A stretch of DNA of 64,000 nucleotides from a virus (lineage: Duplodnaviria > Caudoviricetes): positions 66,948 through 130,947 of the IMG/VR virus record IMGVR_UViG_3300032135_000003. The stretch is one strand, 5' to 3'. Positions 49,883-59,702 of the stretch are shown piece after piece. The notes under the pieces were generated by a model, which was not told the origin of the DNA, made no database searches, and worked only from the letters and a program-made list of their open reading frames with translations. Positions within the stretch are counted from its first letter, which is position 1, and each line of letters opens with the position of its first letter. Both the position numbers and the translations under genes were made by a program.

Positions 49883-50929
49883 TTAATTTAAATTAATAAA
49901 TGTGTTTTGTGATTTAAAAAACATTTCTCTAACTTTTGTAGATATATACTTGTTGACATCTTTTGGCTCCAAGCTATTTTCTACCATCGTATCCATTTCT
50001 TCTGCCGCAATATCTTTTACAACCCACCTTATAAAATCACCCATCTTTTTTACATCTAAATCTTCTTCACCAAACACGTTTTCAACTGCTTGTTCAAATC
50101 TATTTTCAGTAACAGAGTATTCAACAAATTCTTGAATAGATTTTAATTTTTCAACATCCACACTTGCAAGTTTCTTAACCTTTGTTACAGAGTGTTTATC
50201 CCCTTTTACTTTAAATCTATGCACATTGCCCTTATACTCAACACTCCATACAACACCCTCTCCTAGTCCGTTTTCAATTCCAAATGCTTTAGATATTGGA
50301 CATTCATTTTCAACTTCATTTGTTATTTCTGAAAACTTATTTTGTGCTAATTGTGGCATATTAAAATCAACATCAATGTAGTATGTTTTGTAGTCCTCCA
50401 CATTAAAAATTCTATTTTCTATACTTCTAACATTACTTGAATCAACCCAATAGGAGTTAAACTCTTCATCTTGTGGGTTAGATATTTTCACCCCAAAAAC
50501 ATAAAACGCTTTATCTAATTGAGATATTCCTACCCCTTTCTGTATTCCTTTACCTGCCCACTCTCCATAAATTGAAATTGTATAAATTTTAGTATCAATT
50601 TTATTTTCTTCTATAATAGCGTCTAATAAAGAAGAAAACTGTATTTTACGACTTTCTGCAAAAAATGCAAATCCAGCATTATCGTTTTCAACGGTAATTA
50701 TGTTTTGTCTTGATTGTATCCAAAAACCGTTTTCAGAGTTAAAGCAAACACTTGCATTTGTTCCATGCAACTTAACAGTACCTTTAAATGTTAAAGTTGG
50801 TTTTTTAATTGATGGGTCGTAAACAGCATTACCATCTTCATCTAAGCCTGTGAAAGTTATTTCTCTACTGATGTTTGCAACAATATTTCTAAACTGTTGA
50901 ATCTTAGGGTAACTAATGTGTTTCTTCAT
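49883..50929 (-). CDS. RNA ligase, Rnl2-like ATP-dependent nucleotidyltransferase
   Basis: Motif I KLHGTN, SR, YGEW, GEGVV and FKVK. Confidence 0.85.
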   Translation of the reverse strand: MKKHISYPKIQQFRNIVANISREITFTGLDEDGNAVYDPSIKKPTLTFKGTVKLHGTNASVCFNSENGFWIQSRQNIITVENDNAGFAFFAESRKIQFSSLLDAIIEENKIDTKIYTISIYGEWAGKGIQKGVGISQLDKAFYVFGVKISNPQDEEFNSYWVDSSNVRSIENRIFNVEDYKTYYIDVDFNMPQLAQNKFSEITNEVENECPISKAFGIENGLGEGVVWSVEYKGNVHRFKVKGDKHSVTKVKKLASVDVEKLKSIQEFVEYSVTENRFEQAVENVFGEEDLDVKKMGDFIRWVVKDIAAEEMDTMVENSLEPKDVNKYISTKVREMFFKSQNTFINLN

Positions 50930-51188
50930 AACTTTTTACCTTTTTTAAAATAATATCTATTGCCATTCCTAATACAGAGGGGTTTGGCATTTCAATTGTT
51001 TCATCTCCACGCCTCCATTTGTTGTGATTTTCTAAAACAGTTATAGCTCCTTTAAGTGTCATCATTTTTAAAAGTGTTTGAGTTATTATTAATTTCGCAT
51101 TTATGTCCTGCTTTTGCACCGCAATTAATACATCTATTAGCAAAACCATTTATCCTATTGCAAACAAGTGTGTAGATTTCTTCTTTCA

Positions 51189-51446
51189 TCAGTCTAAAGG
51201 GGTTTCTGCGATTGATTTTTTATCTATAATACAATGAAAGTTATTCAAAGCACGAGCATCATACTTCCCATTTTCAATAACTTCTATTTTCGCTCTTTCC
51301 GCAGCTTCCCCTAACTTAATCTTTATTTGTGCTTTAGCAAAGTCTGCCATTATTTCCGTAATTGCTTTAGGTGTTAAAGTAGATACGTTCATATTTAATC
51401 CTAATACTATTCCCAAGTGAACCAATGCTTTTTCTTCTAAACTCAT
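51189..51446 (-). CDS. Hypothetical protein
   Basis: ORF ending IDKKSI.. Confidence 0.55.
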   Translation of the reverse strand: MSLEEKALVHLGIVLGLNMNVSTLTPKAITEIMADFAKAQIKIKLGEAAERAKIEVIENGKYDARALNNFHCIIDKKSIAETPLD

Positions 51447-51606
51447 GATATTATATATAAAATTATTGCTGCAAATATTATTAAAAATATTATAGGTAAT
51501 ATAAAATCACCCTCAGAACCACTACCTGTCACCATTGGGTCATTAACTATAGAGTCCCAAGCTATGTAGTCCTCCTCTTTCAACTGTCTTAAGTATTCTT
51601 TATCTG

Positions 51607-51777
51607 TCATTTCAATTTAATATTTGGTTTATGATATTTAACTATTGCCGCCTCTCTAACAGGTCTTTTAGGTATTCTAATAAGCTCTAGTTTACCTGTA
51701 GCTATATTTATCCACAACTGATCTACATACGCCTCTTTGCCGTTAGAGTAATCAAATTTAATCCTATCCTTTTCCAT
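51607..51777 (-). CDS. Small hypothetical protein (start reassigned to ATG 51777)
   Basis: The track's start lies within the promoter -7 element. Confidence 0.45.
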   Translation of the reverse strand: MEKDRIKFDYSNGKEAYVDQLWINIATGKLELIRIPKRPVREAAIVKYHKPNIKLK

Positions 51778-51795
51778 TTTTACTCCCTCTTCCTG

Positions 51796-51830
51796 CAAAT
51801 ATACAATTTAAAAAACTCATAAACAACAAA
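51796..51830 (-). promoter_or_regulatory. Bacteroidota promoter (TATATTTG -7 element)
   Basis: CAAATATA at 51796-51803 with CAA/CAAA at 51824-51830; AAAGCTC...GAGCTTT hairpin just upstream may terminate the RNR transcript. Confidence 0.65.
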
Positions 51831-51895
51831 AAGCTCCACAATTTGCAGAGCTTTAGTATTATATTAACTTTTCTTAATTAAATATCTGTGTACTT

Positions 51896-54800
51896 TTATA
51901 TAAAAGTTACCTCGCACTGACTACCAGAACAAGCAACAGCTCCTAAAGTATCAACATCAACAAATTCAGGTTTATTTAAAATCTCTGTAAAATCTACCAT
52001 TTTAAACCCTTTTGATATTGTATTCCATTTGTGCCATAAATGTACATCTTTCATACAATAGAGAGTACTGTCCATATCCTTTTTAAAGTAATTTATAGAG
52101 AATTTTTTAACCCTACGTATCCAGTCTTTCTTAAGTAGCACTTGTGATCTATTCCCCTCTACTTTCAAACTTTTATCTACTACATGTTTTGTAGCCGTCC
52201 AAAGATCACCGTCAAAGTAATGTAAACCATCAACAATTAAACCTGCCATAAACATTGCACCATCTCCATACTTTTCAATAATTTCCTTAGTATTTAAAAC
52301 AGAAGTGAAAGGTGCTTGATTGTAGTCCTTATCTCCTGACATAGAAAGAAAAGAAACTGCCGTAAAAGTATCTTGATTGTCAAAGATGTAGTCTATGATT
52401 TCTTTCTCATCATCTATAATAACAGTGTTACTTACATTGTGGTCTGTAGTAGGTGCATAGCATAATTCTTCCCTTTTACCACCTTTAACCCAAGAGTTTT
52501 GTACAAGCTCAATTAATTTTAAGTGCTTCACACCTTGCATTTCATCCTTGTATAGTGTTCCTTCGGGGTTTACACAAGGAGAGTATACAACATAGTCACT
52601 ACCTGTGTTAGACCAAACTGAATTTTCTAGCATCTCTGGTTTATTTACTAATAACCATTTTGCAGTTTCACTATCTTTACTCAATTGCATAATTCTAAAA
52701 TACCTTTTAGAATGTTCGGGGTGAATACCAGAGGCTGTTTGTAATACAACAGAAGCATTACCAGAGGGTTTTACGGTAGTTGCTCTAGCAGATAAATTAA
52801 TACCAATAACTTTAGCTACTTCTGCATTGGTGTCTTTTACTACCTGAGCCCCTTTAATAAGAATCTTTTCATTAAAAAGCTCTGGCCTTGTCATCCAACC
52901 TGTAATTGAAACCCCTAATAAAGCTTCTCCTGCAACTATCTCCTCTGTTTGCTTACCAAGATAAGGAAACTTTGAGTATCCTGCTTGTAGGGTTCCTACG
53001 ATAGCTGCTACTCTACATAACTCATAAAACTTATCCTCATTGAAATTATCATTTGTCGCATTTTTACATGAAGATGCATTTATCTCCGTGAGATTACAAA
53101 ACTGAAAAACTGCTTCATCTTTGTTTTTTATTTTTGAGTAAAAATTAAAACCAATTTCATAGCATGGGTTGAAAAGTTCATCTTCATTAGACATAAAAAC
53201 AAATCCAAGGTCATTATCTCCATTATTAAAAGCTACTAATTTTTCAAAAGTGTCTTTAGAAAAATTATTTCTTAAAAGACCAACAGAATTATTACTTCTA
53301 GCTCTCCAAGGATGTGCTTGTCTCCAATTCCCTGTTTTTGCATTTAAAAGTTCTGTATCATCTTCGTCAATAATAACGTTCATTGCACTTCTTCTAACTC
53401 CCCCTGATAAAACAGCATCAGATAAATGCATAAAAACATCATAAGCAATTATAGACTTGAATACTTTAGATTTATCTTCTCCAACATATTCAGATAAAAG
53501 AGTGTCAATTCTTTCCAAAGACTGTTTTAACCCTTCATGCCCAGGAGCTCTAAAACCCCCTCTTATAAAAGAGCCTTTTGGTCTAATCTGAGAGAAGTCA
53601 AATTTTATCTGGTGTCCGTAAAATTCCCCATATAGAGAAGGATGTTTACAAAAGGAACTTAATAAAACTTTTGCTGATTCAGCCCAACCCTCGATACTAT
53701 CTTCTAAAATGTGCAATTTTGCTTCTGAGCCTCTTTTATCAATAGTAGGAAGCTTAGAAACGAACTTATTCTTTAAAGATACCCCAAGACCAGTTCCTGA
53801 AAGAAGTACAAAAAATCCTTTATTAAATATGTCTGGGCTGTAAGCATAACTTACACAACAATTACCAGTATGCAGACCATTAGGAAACGTAAACGATTTA
53901 TCATCTTCAACTTCTAAACACCATACATCTTCATATCTGCCAGAGTCTTCTATACTTTTAACTGAAAAATAAGGTGCTGTATTACCTTGCCCTTGAGTAA
54001 GTCTAAAAGATATAGTTTTTCCTCTAATTCCAAAATTAGTTTCTTGACCTGTGTAGTCTTTTTCTCCACAAATAAATACACCTGCTATAGGGAAACATTT
54101 TCTAACAAAATCTATGTGACTTTCATCTGAGGTTTGAAGAGAGATAAATTTACTTCCATAATTACCCTCTCTTTCAAAATTAGAATTTTTAGCTCCATCG
54201 GCTTGTAAATACCCTGCAACGAATGCTCTTATAAGCTCAGGAGAGTCTTTTGCAGGATCAGGAGCTGTCTTAAGGTAAGTTCCTGTATAAGCCATATAAT
54301 CCCCTTCCAATGAAGTATTAGTAGAGGTTTTAAAGCCCATTTCTTCAAACCTTTTGGCAAATTGCTTATCATACCCACACAGACGTATCATAGAATAAGC
54401 ATGCTCTCCATTATTCTTGATTTTTGTGCCGTCACCATAAACCAGTCCATAACACCAATACAATCTTTCTAAAGGATTGGCACTATCATAGTCAAAACCT
54501 TCAAAATATCTATTAGTTCTAATTAATTGATCTCCAACCTTAATATCTTCTGTAATAGACTCATCTTTTAGGAGCCATCTGTGATTTTCAGTAGCGTAGT
54601 AAGTGTATTTACCTTTATTTCGCCCTATCTTTATTTTGTTCAGGGCTGCCTTTCCGTAATTCTTAACTGTGGCCTTTTTCCAATTGCCTTTATGAGTTAA
54701 TACAGTAGTTATATCTCCATCTCGGAAATTTTCAAATCTCTTTACTCCTTCAGAAGTAACAAATTCTGTTTCTTTTCCAAAGCAATTATAAAGTTTAGCG

Positions 54801-55048
54801 TTATTTCTATGAATTAAATCCCCTCTAAACTGTAAGCTTCTCTGGGAGGCTAAAAACTCTTTATTATAATAGGGTTCTGATACCTCCCCTATATATTTAT
54901 CAATCTTTTCACCATACTTTACTCTGTGGGTGTCTAAAACTTTATCAACGGCTTCATTCCAAGTTTCAAATCTATTCTCATTGTCATCCCATTTCAAGTA
55001 GTCACTATATAATTTTAACTCTGAAATAAATTGTTTTCCTTTACTCAT
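51896..55048 (-). CDS. nrdJ: Class II (adenosylcobalamin-dependent, monomeric RTPR-type) ribonucleotide reductase with an intein
   Basis: LYNC, SGGVRRSA, RARSNNS, NPCYEI, CNLTEIN, TTVKPSG and C-terminal ACSGSQCE; no small-subunit gene nearby; likely start MSKGKQ at 55048. Confidence 0.85.
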   Translation of the reverse strand: MSKGKQFISELKLYSDYLKWDDNENRFETWNEAVDKVLDTHRVKYGEKIDKYIGEVSEPYYNKEFLASQRSLQFRGDLIHRNNAKLYNCFGKETEFVTSEGVKRFENFRDGDITTVLTHKGNWKKATVKNYGKAALNKIKIGRNKGKYTYYATENHRWLLKDESITEDIKVGDQLIRTNRYFEGFDYDSANPLERLYWCYGLVYGDGTKIKNNGEHAYSMIRLCGYDKQFAKRFEEMGFKTSTNTSLEGDYMAYTGTYLKTAPDPAKDSPELIRAFVAGYLQADGAKNSNFEREGNYGSKFISLQTSDESHIDFVRKCFPIAGVFICGEKDYTGQETNFGIRGKTISFRLTQGQGNTAPYFSVKSIEDSGRYEDVWCLEVEDDKSFTFPNGLHTGNCCVSYAYSPDIFNKGFFVLLSGTGLGVSLKNKFVSKLPTIDKRGSEAKLHILEDSIEGWAESAKVLLSSFCKHPSLYGEFYGHQIKFDFSQIRPKGSFIRGGFRAPGHEGLKQSLERIDTLLSEYVGEDKSKVFKSIIAYDVFMHLSDAVLSGGVRRSAMNVIIDEDDTELLNAKTGNWRQAHPWRARSNNSVGLLRNNFSKDTFEKLVAFNNGDNDLGFVFMSNEDELFNPCYEIGFNFYSKIKNKDEAVFQFCNLTEINASSCKNATNDNFNEDKFYELCRVAAIVGTLQAGYSKFPYLGKQTEEIVAGEALLGVSITGWMTRPELFNEKILIKGAQVVKDTNAEVAKVIGINLSARATTVKPSGNASVVLQTASGIHPEHSKRYFRIMQLSKDSETAKWLLVNKPEMLENSVWSNTGSDYVVYSPCVNPEGTLYKDEMQGVKHLKLIELVQNSWVKGGKREELCYAPTTDHNVSNTVIIDDEKEIIDYIFDNQDTFTAVSFLSMSGDKDYNQAPFTSVLNTKEIIEKYGDGAMFMAGLIVDGLHYFDGDLWTATKHVVDKSLKVEGNRSQVLLKKDWIRRVKKFSINYFKKDMDSTLYCMKDVHLWHKWNTISKGFKMVDFTEILNKPEFVDVDTLGAVACSGSQCEVTFI
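53861..54784 (-). mobile_element. 308-aa intein with LAGLIDADG-type homing endonuclease
   Basis: Starts CFGKETEFVT, block B ATENHRW, YGLVYGDG and AGYLQADG motifs, ends VWCLEVED...LHTGN followed by Cys(+1). Confidence 0.92.
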
Positions 55049-55075
55049 TTTTAATTTTTGTTGTTTTAAATTAGT

Positions 55076-55120
55076 AATAAAAAAACCTCCCCCGATAAGA
55101 GAAAGGCTTTTGCAAAGATA
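55076..55120 (-). promoter_or_regulatory. -7 promoter element (TATCTTTG) directly followed by a terminator-like hairpin upstream of nrdJ
   Basis: CAAAGATA at 55113-55120; minus-strand GCCTTTCTC-TTATC-GGGGGAGGT then a T-run. Confidence 0.55.
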
Positions 55121-55167
55121 CAACCTAGTGTTAAATTATGAAAACAAATCAACACATATTTTAGAAA

Positions 55168-55413
55168 TTATATTCTATTAATAACAGCCTCTACTTCATC
55201 TAACCTAACTAAAATATCATCAATAGATTCACTTGGTTTTAAAGCATAATTCATATAGCTTAGTAAAGCTTGTTTTAAAGTAGGAAAGTAAGACTCAGAT
55301 TTTGAGAACTGCTCTTTTCCTGTTTTTTCATTAATACCTTTACTTTCTTTGTATTTCAAAGTGTAGTTATAGGTATCTGTTTCTATTTGGTATAAATCAT
55401 CTAATACTATCAT
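55168..55413 (-). CDS. Hypothetical protein
   Basis: YQIETDTYNYTL...YFPTLKQAL pattern. Confidence 0.6.
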   Translation of the reverse strand: MIVLDDLYQIETDTYNYTLKYKESKGINEKTGKEQFSKSESYFPTLKQALLSYMNYALKPSESIDDILVRLDEVEAVINRI

Positions 55414-55425
55414 ATCTGTTTTGTT

Positions 55426-55641
55426 TTAATAAGTATCGTTATACTCAGGCAAGTTGCGCAAGTCATTTAATATATAGGACTCTCCCTCTAAATTCTCTAC
55501 AATTTGAAAGTTATAGAATCCATTGTGTATAACAGTCTCTAAAATATTTTCCAATTGTATATCAGATGCCTGAGATAATTTCTGAAAAATTGCTGCGAGT
55601 GCAAACTCTCTTGTTACGCTATGTGTTGTTTTTATACTCAT
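55426..55641 (-). CDS. Hypothetical protein
   Basis: Packed ORF. Confidence 0.55.
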   Translation of the reverse strand: MSIKTTHSVTREFALAAIFQKLSQASDIQLENILETVIHNGFYNFQIVENLEGESYILNDLRNLPEYNDTY

Positions 55642-55645
55642 AATT

Positions 55646-55975
55646 TTAGTTTAAAAATAAAGAAATTAAATACCCCCCACCTAAGACTATCCAAGGTAAA
55701 AGCATAGAGCTAAGTATTCTTGTACTACTACTCTCTGAGTAAAGTTCTTTGTTTAGTTGTGGCATTTGCGTTTTATTAAATAAAGTAAGCACCATACTCA
55801 AAGATACCGCTTCTAAATATCCTACAACAGGTAATTGTTCAAAAACAGGTAGTAAGAACCAGTGATAAAACTTATAAGTAATAAACCCCCATGCAAATGC
55901 TGAGTAAAGTATAAGTGCTACAATTTTAAAAATTCCTAGGGATAAAGCTCCTAAAGCTGAATTTAACTCCTTCAT
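55646..55975 (-). CDS. Membrane protein (3 TM)
   Basis: Hydrophobic helices, WF..PVF..LP motif. Confidence 0.65.
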   Translation of the reverse strand: MKELNSALGALSLGIFKIVALILYSAFAWGFITYKFYHWFLLPVFEQLPVVGYLEAVSLSMVLTLFNKTQMPQLNKELYSESSSTRILSSMLLPWIVLGGGYLISLFLN

Positions 55976-56178
55976 AATTCTTCAATTAAGTCAAATACTC
56001 TATTTTCAATATGACCGTCTGAGTTTCCAGAATACTCATTAAGTATATTTAACAGCTCATTTTATCTACTACTAAACCTTTTGTTAGAAATTCATAAGCA
56101 TCCTCTAACTCTCCTGGATCAGGTACATAGTCAAAATTCATTGCAAGTTCTCTTGCGATTCCTAAATCTTTTAACTCT

Positions 56179-56526
56179 TTAATCTTGCTTTGCATCTTCT
56201 TCTTTTTTAAGTAATTCTTCTCTTTTCTTACGGTCTTTTTCTACTAAATACTTCATTAAAATAGGTCTTGACTCTTGTATACTCTCTTTTAATCCTCTAG
56301 CCACATCTTCTATTTGCTGCAACTTATAAACACTGTTTTCTAAGTCCTTTATAGTAGAAGAATCCATATCAAGAAAAATTGACCTACTACAATCACTAAT
56401 AGAGAAACTAATATCAAGAGGTTCCCAATGCTCTGAATCCTCCTTAGTCATAGTAGCACAAACAGCAGATGTTGAATGATATGTACCTTTGTTTAAAAAT
56501 CTCCTATCGGAAAAAATATCTTTCAT
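56179..56526 (-). CDS. Hypothetical protein
   Basis: RRFLN...ISDCSRSI motif. Confidence 0.6.
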   Translation of the reverse strand: MKDIFSDRRFLNKGTYHSTSAVCATMTKEDSEHWEPLDISFSISDCSRSIFLDMDSSTIKDLENSVYKLQQIEDVARGLKESIQESRPILMKYLVEKDRKKREELLKKEEDAKQD

Positions 56527-56529
56527 AAA

Positions 56530-57228
56530 TTAAGCTGTTTTGAAAATTTTATTATAGACTCGAAAATAATTTGAAATAATATTAACAGTCTTATCTAGCT
56601 CTTTTAAGAAGGTTTCAGCTCTTTTACGTGAATATGGTGTAGGAATTTCTAAAAGTTTCCCTGAGAGCCTTAAAGGGTGCTTCTCAGCCCCATTCCCTTT
56701 GCGTTCAAGTAACAAAACTTTACTTTCTAAAATCTCATACCCCTCTAAATCTCTACAATAAGAGTATAGAGTAGTTTGTTGGTAATCTTTACCCCCATAA
56801 AACTTAGGTTTGTCAGTATGATTCCCAGTTTTTAAATCTGTAATAATAAGTTTACCCTCTTCTGGCTCATCTTCTTGATCCACAAAACCTTGTATAACGT
56901 AAGTCCCCCTATCAACAACAATCTCTGTTTCGTACTTAGCAGTTGAAGGTCTAGGAAGTGTTTGAAGGACTAAAATATCTCCTTCTCCTAAATCAGAACA
57001 CTTTTCTTTTTCCCAGTATTCTCCACACTTTCCACCAAAAGTAGAAAAAATATTTCCATCATCTTTTATCCCTAGAAAATACCCCCCTATATAAGAGCCT
57101 CTATACATCAACTCTTTAAAACTCGTATATTGGGAGTAAGAAATCTTAGGACGACCTGCAAATTTATGGTATTTTTCAGGAGTATCTTCCTTAATCTCAT
57201 ATACTTTAGGTAAAATTACTTTTGGCAT
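56530..57228 (-). CDS. PD-(D/E)XK nuclease (Cas4/RecB-like)
   Basis: ISYSQ, GFVD, ITDLKTG and Q..LY motifs. Confidence 0.8.
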   Translation of the reverse strand: MPKVILPKVYEIKEDTPEKYHKFAGRPKISYSQYTSFKELMYRGSYIGGYFLGIKDDGNIFSTFGGKCGEYWEKEKCSDLGEGDILVLQTLPRPSTAKYETEIVVDRGTYVIQGFVDQEDEPEEGKLIITDLKTGNHTDKPKFYGGKDYQQTTLYSYCRDLEGYEILESKVLLLERKGNGAEKHPLRLSGKLLEIPTPYSRKRAETFLKELDKTVNIISNYFRVYNKIFKTA

Positions 57229-58211
57229 ATCTCTTCTATTAAATTATTAACCTCTTCTTCTTTACTTTGAACTATCGCTGCTTTATCAGCTTTGAACATC
57301 TCTGAGTTGACATATAATCTTGTTATAATATCTTTAACAACAGGAATATCTTTTTTAGCCAGCTTTTTCTTCTTAATAAGAACTTTCAATTCTTTTCTAT
57401 CCGTATCATTTACTTCTTTAGAGGTATAAATACGCTCTAGTATTGGTAATGGTTCAGGTAGAGCTGCTTCTTCTTTAACTTCATCTAAAAACTTTACTTC
57501 CTCAAATTGAAATATGGGTTCTTTTTTAATCCTTCTAATAATATTAAAAGTAGCAATTGTATCATAAGAACAGTATCTACCTATTCTTTCAAAATCCCCC
57601 TCAAAGTATACTGCACCTACTTCATCTCCTACTAAGTCTACTTTACTAACGGGGATACCAAGTACCGTACACAAAGCTTGTAAAGAGCTTCCTGAACCTG
57701 TTCCACCCATCTTCCAAATATCCTGATTTGTACAAAGGTTTGTGTTCTCCCACGGCTTGAGATGTGCCGTATCTAGGATAAGGGGAATGTCTAAACCTGT
57801 TATGATATATCTTTTGCTAAGAAACGGGTAGTCAAAATACTTTGCAGCATGTCCCACCAACCTAAAGTTCTTATCTCCACTTGCAATACGGTCTAAAAAC
57901 AATCCTAGATCGGTAAGAAGTTGTAATTCATCCTCCCCATAAAACTCTTTACAAAGTAAGCTCTCCCCAGACTTATCTAAAAAAGCAAGACTAACTGCAC
58001 AGATTTTAGAAAATTCTGCATATAAAGAGGCTTTCTTACTCCACAAGTTAGATAGAACTTCTTGATCGGGTATTTCACCATCTTGCTTATTCTTATACTC
58101 CCAAGCAGACTGCCATTCTTCTGATAAGTCCTCGAAGTGTTCAGTGTATCTTACCGTCTCTATATCAAGAGAGACAAAATACTTTGTTTTAATTTGTTTT
58201 AACAGTTTCAT
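57216..58211 (-). CDS. PolB-like DEDD 3'-5' exonuclease (stand-alone)
   Basis: ExoI LDIET, ExoII GH..KYFDYPF, ExoIII YCSYD. Confidence 0.85.
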   Translation of the reverse strand: MKLLKQIKTKYFVSLDIETVRYTEHFEDLSEEWQSAWEYKNKQDGEIPDQEVLSNLWSKKASLYAEFSKICAVSLAFLDKSGESLLCKEFYGEDELQLLTDLGLFLDRIASGDKNFRLVGHAAKYFDYPFLSKRYIITGLDIPLILDTAHLKPWENTNLCTNQDIWKMGGTGSGSSLQALCTVLGIPVSKVDLVGDEVGAVYFEGDFERIGRYCSYDTIATFNIIRRIKKEPIFQFEEVKFLDEVKEEAALPEPLPILERIYTSKEVNDTDRKELKVLIKKKKLAKKDIPVVKDIITRLYVNSEMFKADKAAIVQSKEEEVNNLIEEICQK

Positions 58212-58212
58212 T

Positions 58213-58401
58213 TTATTTACTTTTTAGGAATTCTTTAACTTTTTCTAAATCTTCTATCAGCTCTTTATCTTGAAGCTGCAATATAGCTCTATTTATTATT
58301 GTACACAAGACTAATGGTGTATTTATTTTAGTCCTCTTCTTTTCCTTTTCTTCATTCCAGAAGTATATTTTGTCTTCTTCGTATTTGTCTTGACTGTTCA
58401 T
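58213..58401 (-). CDS. Hypothetical protein
   Basis: Packed ORF. Confidence 0.5.
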   Translation of the reverse strand: MNSQDKYEEDKIYFWNEEKEKKRTKINTPLVLCTIINRAILQLQDKELIEDLEKVKEFLKSK

Positions 58402-59220
58402 CTATAAACTATCCATTGGTCTTACCCCTGTTAGTAATTCAGTTATGTCGTTACGGTGTTTTTCTCCGTTCTTCTGCCTTGCATACTTAGCTTTATATTC
58501 TAATATCTCTGCCATTATATTTACCTTGTATTTATGTCCTTTGTACTCTACAATCTTGTACTCTGACTTATTATCTATACTTAAATCAATATTTATATTG
58601 TTGTACGCATAAGTATCATCAAAAGTATTTCCGCTGTTTTTTGAATCAATGTGCTTTACTCCGTCTAATTCTGTCAAATCAATGTAAAATGGATGTATAA
58701 CATCTAAATCCCCTATACCATTGTCTTTAACCCTTTTAAGTTTTGCACCTTGTAAATACAATGACAGTGACCCACCTATCACTAAGTAGGGAAACGTAGC
58801 TTGTAAATTCCTAACCTCTGCTAATTTTAAATTCTTTTCCTCTCTCTTTTCTTCCCTCTCCGCTAATATTGTTTCTTTACTTATCTCCTCTAAGAATCTT
58901 ATAGCCGTAGTTCCTGCTTTGTAGTCAGGGATATAATTAGAATCTCCTGAGGGAGTGTAGTTTCCAAGGATAGCAACTTTAAAGAATCTGTTATCTCCGC
59001 TATTAAAACTGTAGTAAGAGTTTACACTTTCTAAATCATCACAGTAATGTATAACATTTTTAGAACAGGTTTTTAAAGATGTATCTACTTTCGGGTCTGC
59101 TCCAAACACAAGTCCTTCTACCACCTCTTTCTTATCATTAACAAAGTAAGTCTTACCGATTTCAAACTGTACATTTCTGCACTGCATATTCCTGTCTGTA
59201 CCTTTGTATCCTATTTTCAT
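58402..59220 (-). CDS. Two-domain protein: GYKG...C-type N-terminal domain plus Pol-beta superfamily nucleotidyltransferase
   Basis: C-terminal IGGSLSLYLQG...GDLDV (GS/DxD) and KHRNDI; N-terminal GYKGTDRNMQCRNVQFEIGKTY. Confidence 0.7.
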   Translation of the reverse strand: MKIGYKGTDRNMQCRNVQFEIGKTYFVNDKKEVVEGLVFGADPKVDTSLKTCSKNVIHYCDDLESVNSYYSFNSGDNRFFKVAILGNYTPSGDSNYIPDYKAGTTAIRFLEEISKETILAEREEKREEKNLKLAEVRNLQATFPYLVIGGSLSLYLQGAKLKRVKDNGIGDLDVIHPFYIDLTELDGVKHIDSKNSGNTFDDTYAYNNINIDLSIDNKSEYKIVEYKGHKYKVNIMAEILEYKAKYARQKNGEKHRNDITELLTGVRPMDSL

Positions 59221-59702
59221 TAACTAGACTTTGAATTACTAAACTGCTTTGACTGTACGCTAATAGACTGTACAATAGATTGTAATATAGTATTATACAT
59301 TTGAAATAGTTCTTCGGTACGTATGAAAAATTCTGTGATGTCTTCTAGTAAGTTTAATCTTTTAACATAGTGAGGGTGAGCATAAATTAATTTGTCTGCG
59401 GCTGTAACAGCCAAACCCTCATCTATAAGAAGCTTCATAGTCTCCCCTTTAAACCTCTTTCTGTGCTCTGAGAGGTACGTATGGGTATCTCCCTTATACT
59501 TCTTCGTTTGAGAATAAAGTGTCGCATATCGCTCTAAATGAGCATTAAACTCCCTCTTTATTTTCTCCAAAGCGTCTAAGTTATCTGTCTCCCTATATTC
59601 TTGGGTAAGACCTGATAGAATTTTTATACAGTCTAATATTTCTGTATAAGTATCCTTAGAAAAGGAAATCAATGATGATACTGTTAATTTTTCTTCTGCC
59701 AT
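59220..59702 (-). CDS. Helical protein, possibly a UvsY-like recombination mediator
   Basis: All-helical pattern, lies near the nucleases; resemblance only. Confidence 0.35.
   Translation of the reverse strand: MAEEKLTVSSLISFSKDTYTEILDCIKILSGLTQEYRETDNLDALEKIKREFNAHLERYATLYSQTKKYKGDTHTYLSEHRKRFKGETMKLLIDEGLAVTAADKLIYAHPHYVKRLNLLEDITEFFIRTEELFQMYNTILQSIVQSISVQSKQFSNSKSS

Noticed and set aside
56530-57228. Cas4-like nuclease as a sign of a CRISPR system
   Set aside because: No repeat-spacer array or other cas genes seen; stand-alone PD-(D/E)XK nucleases are common in phage replication modules.
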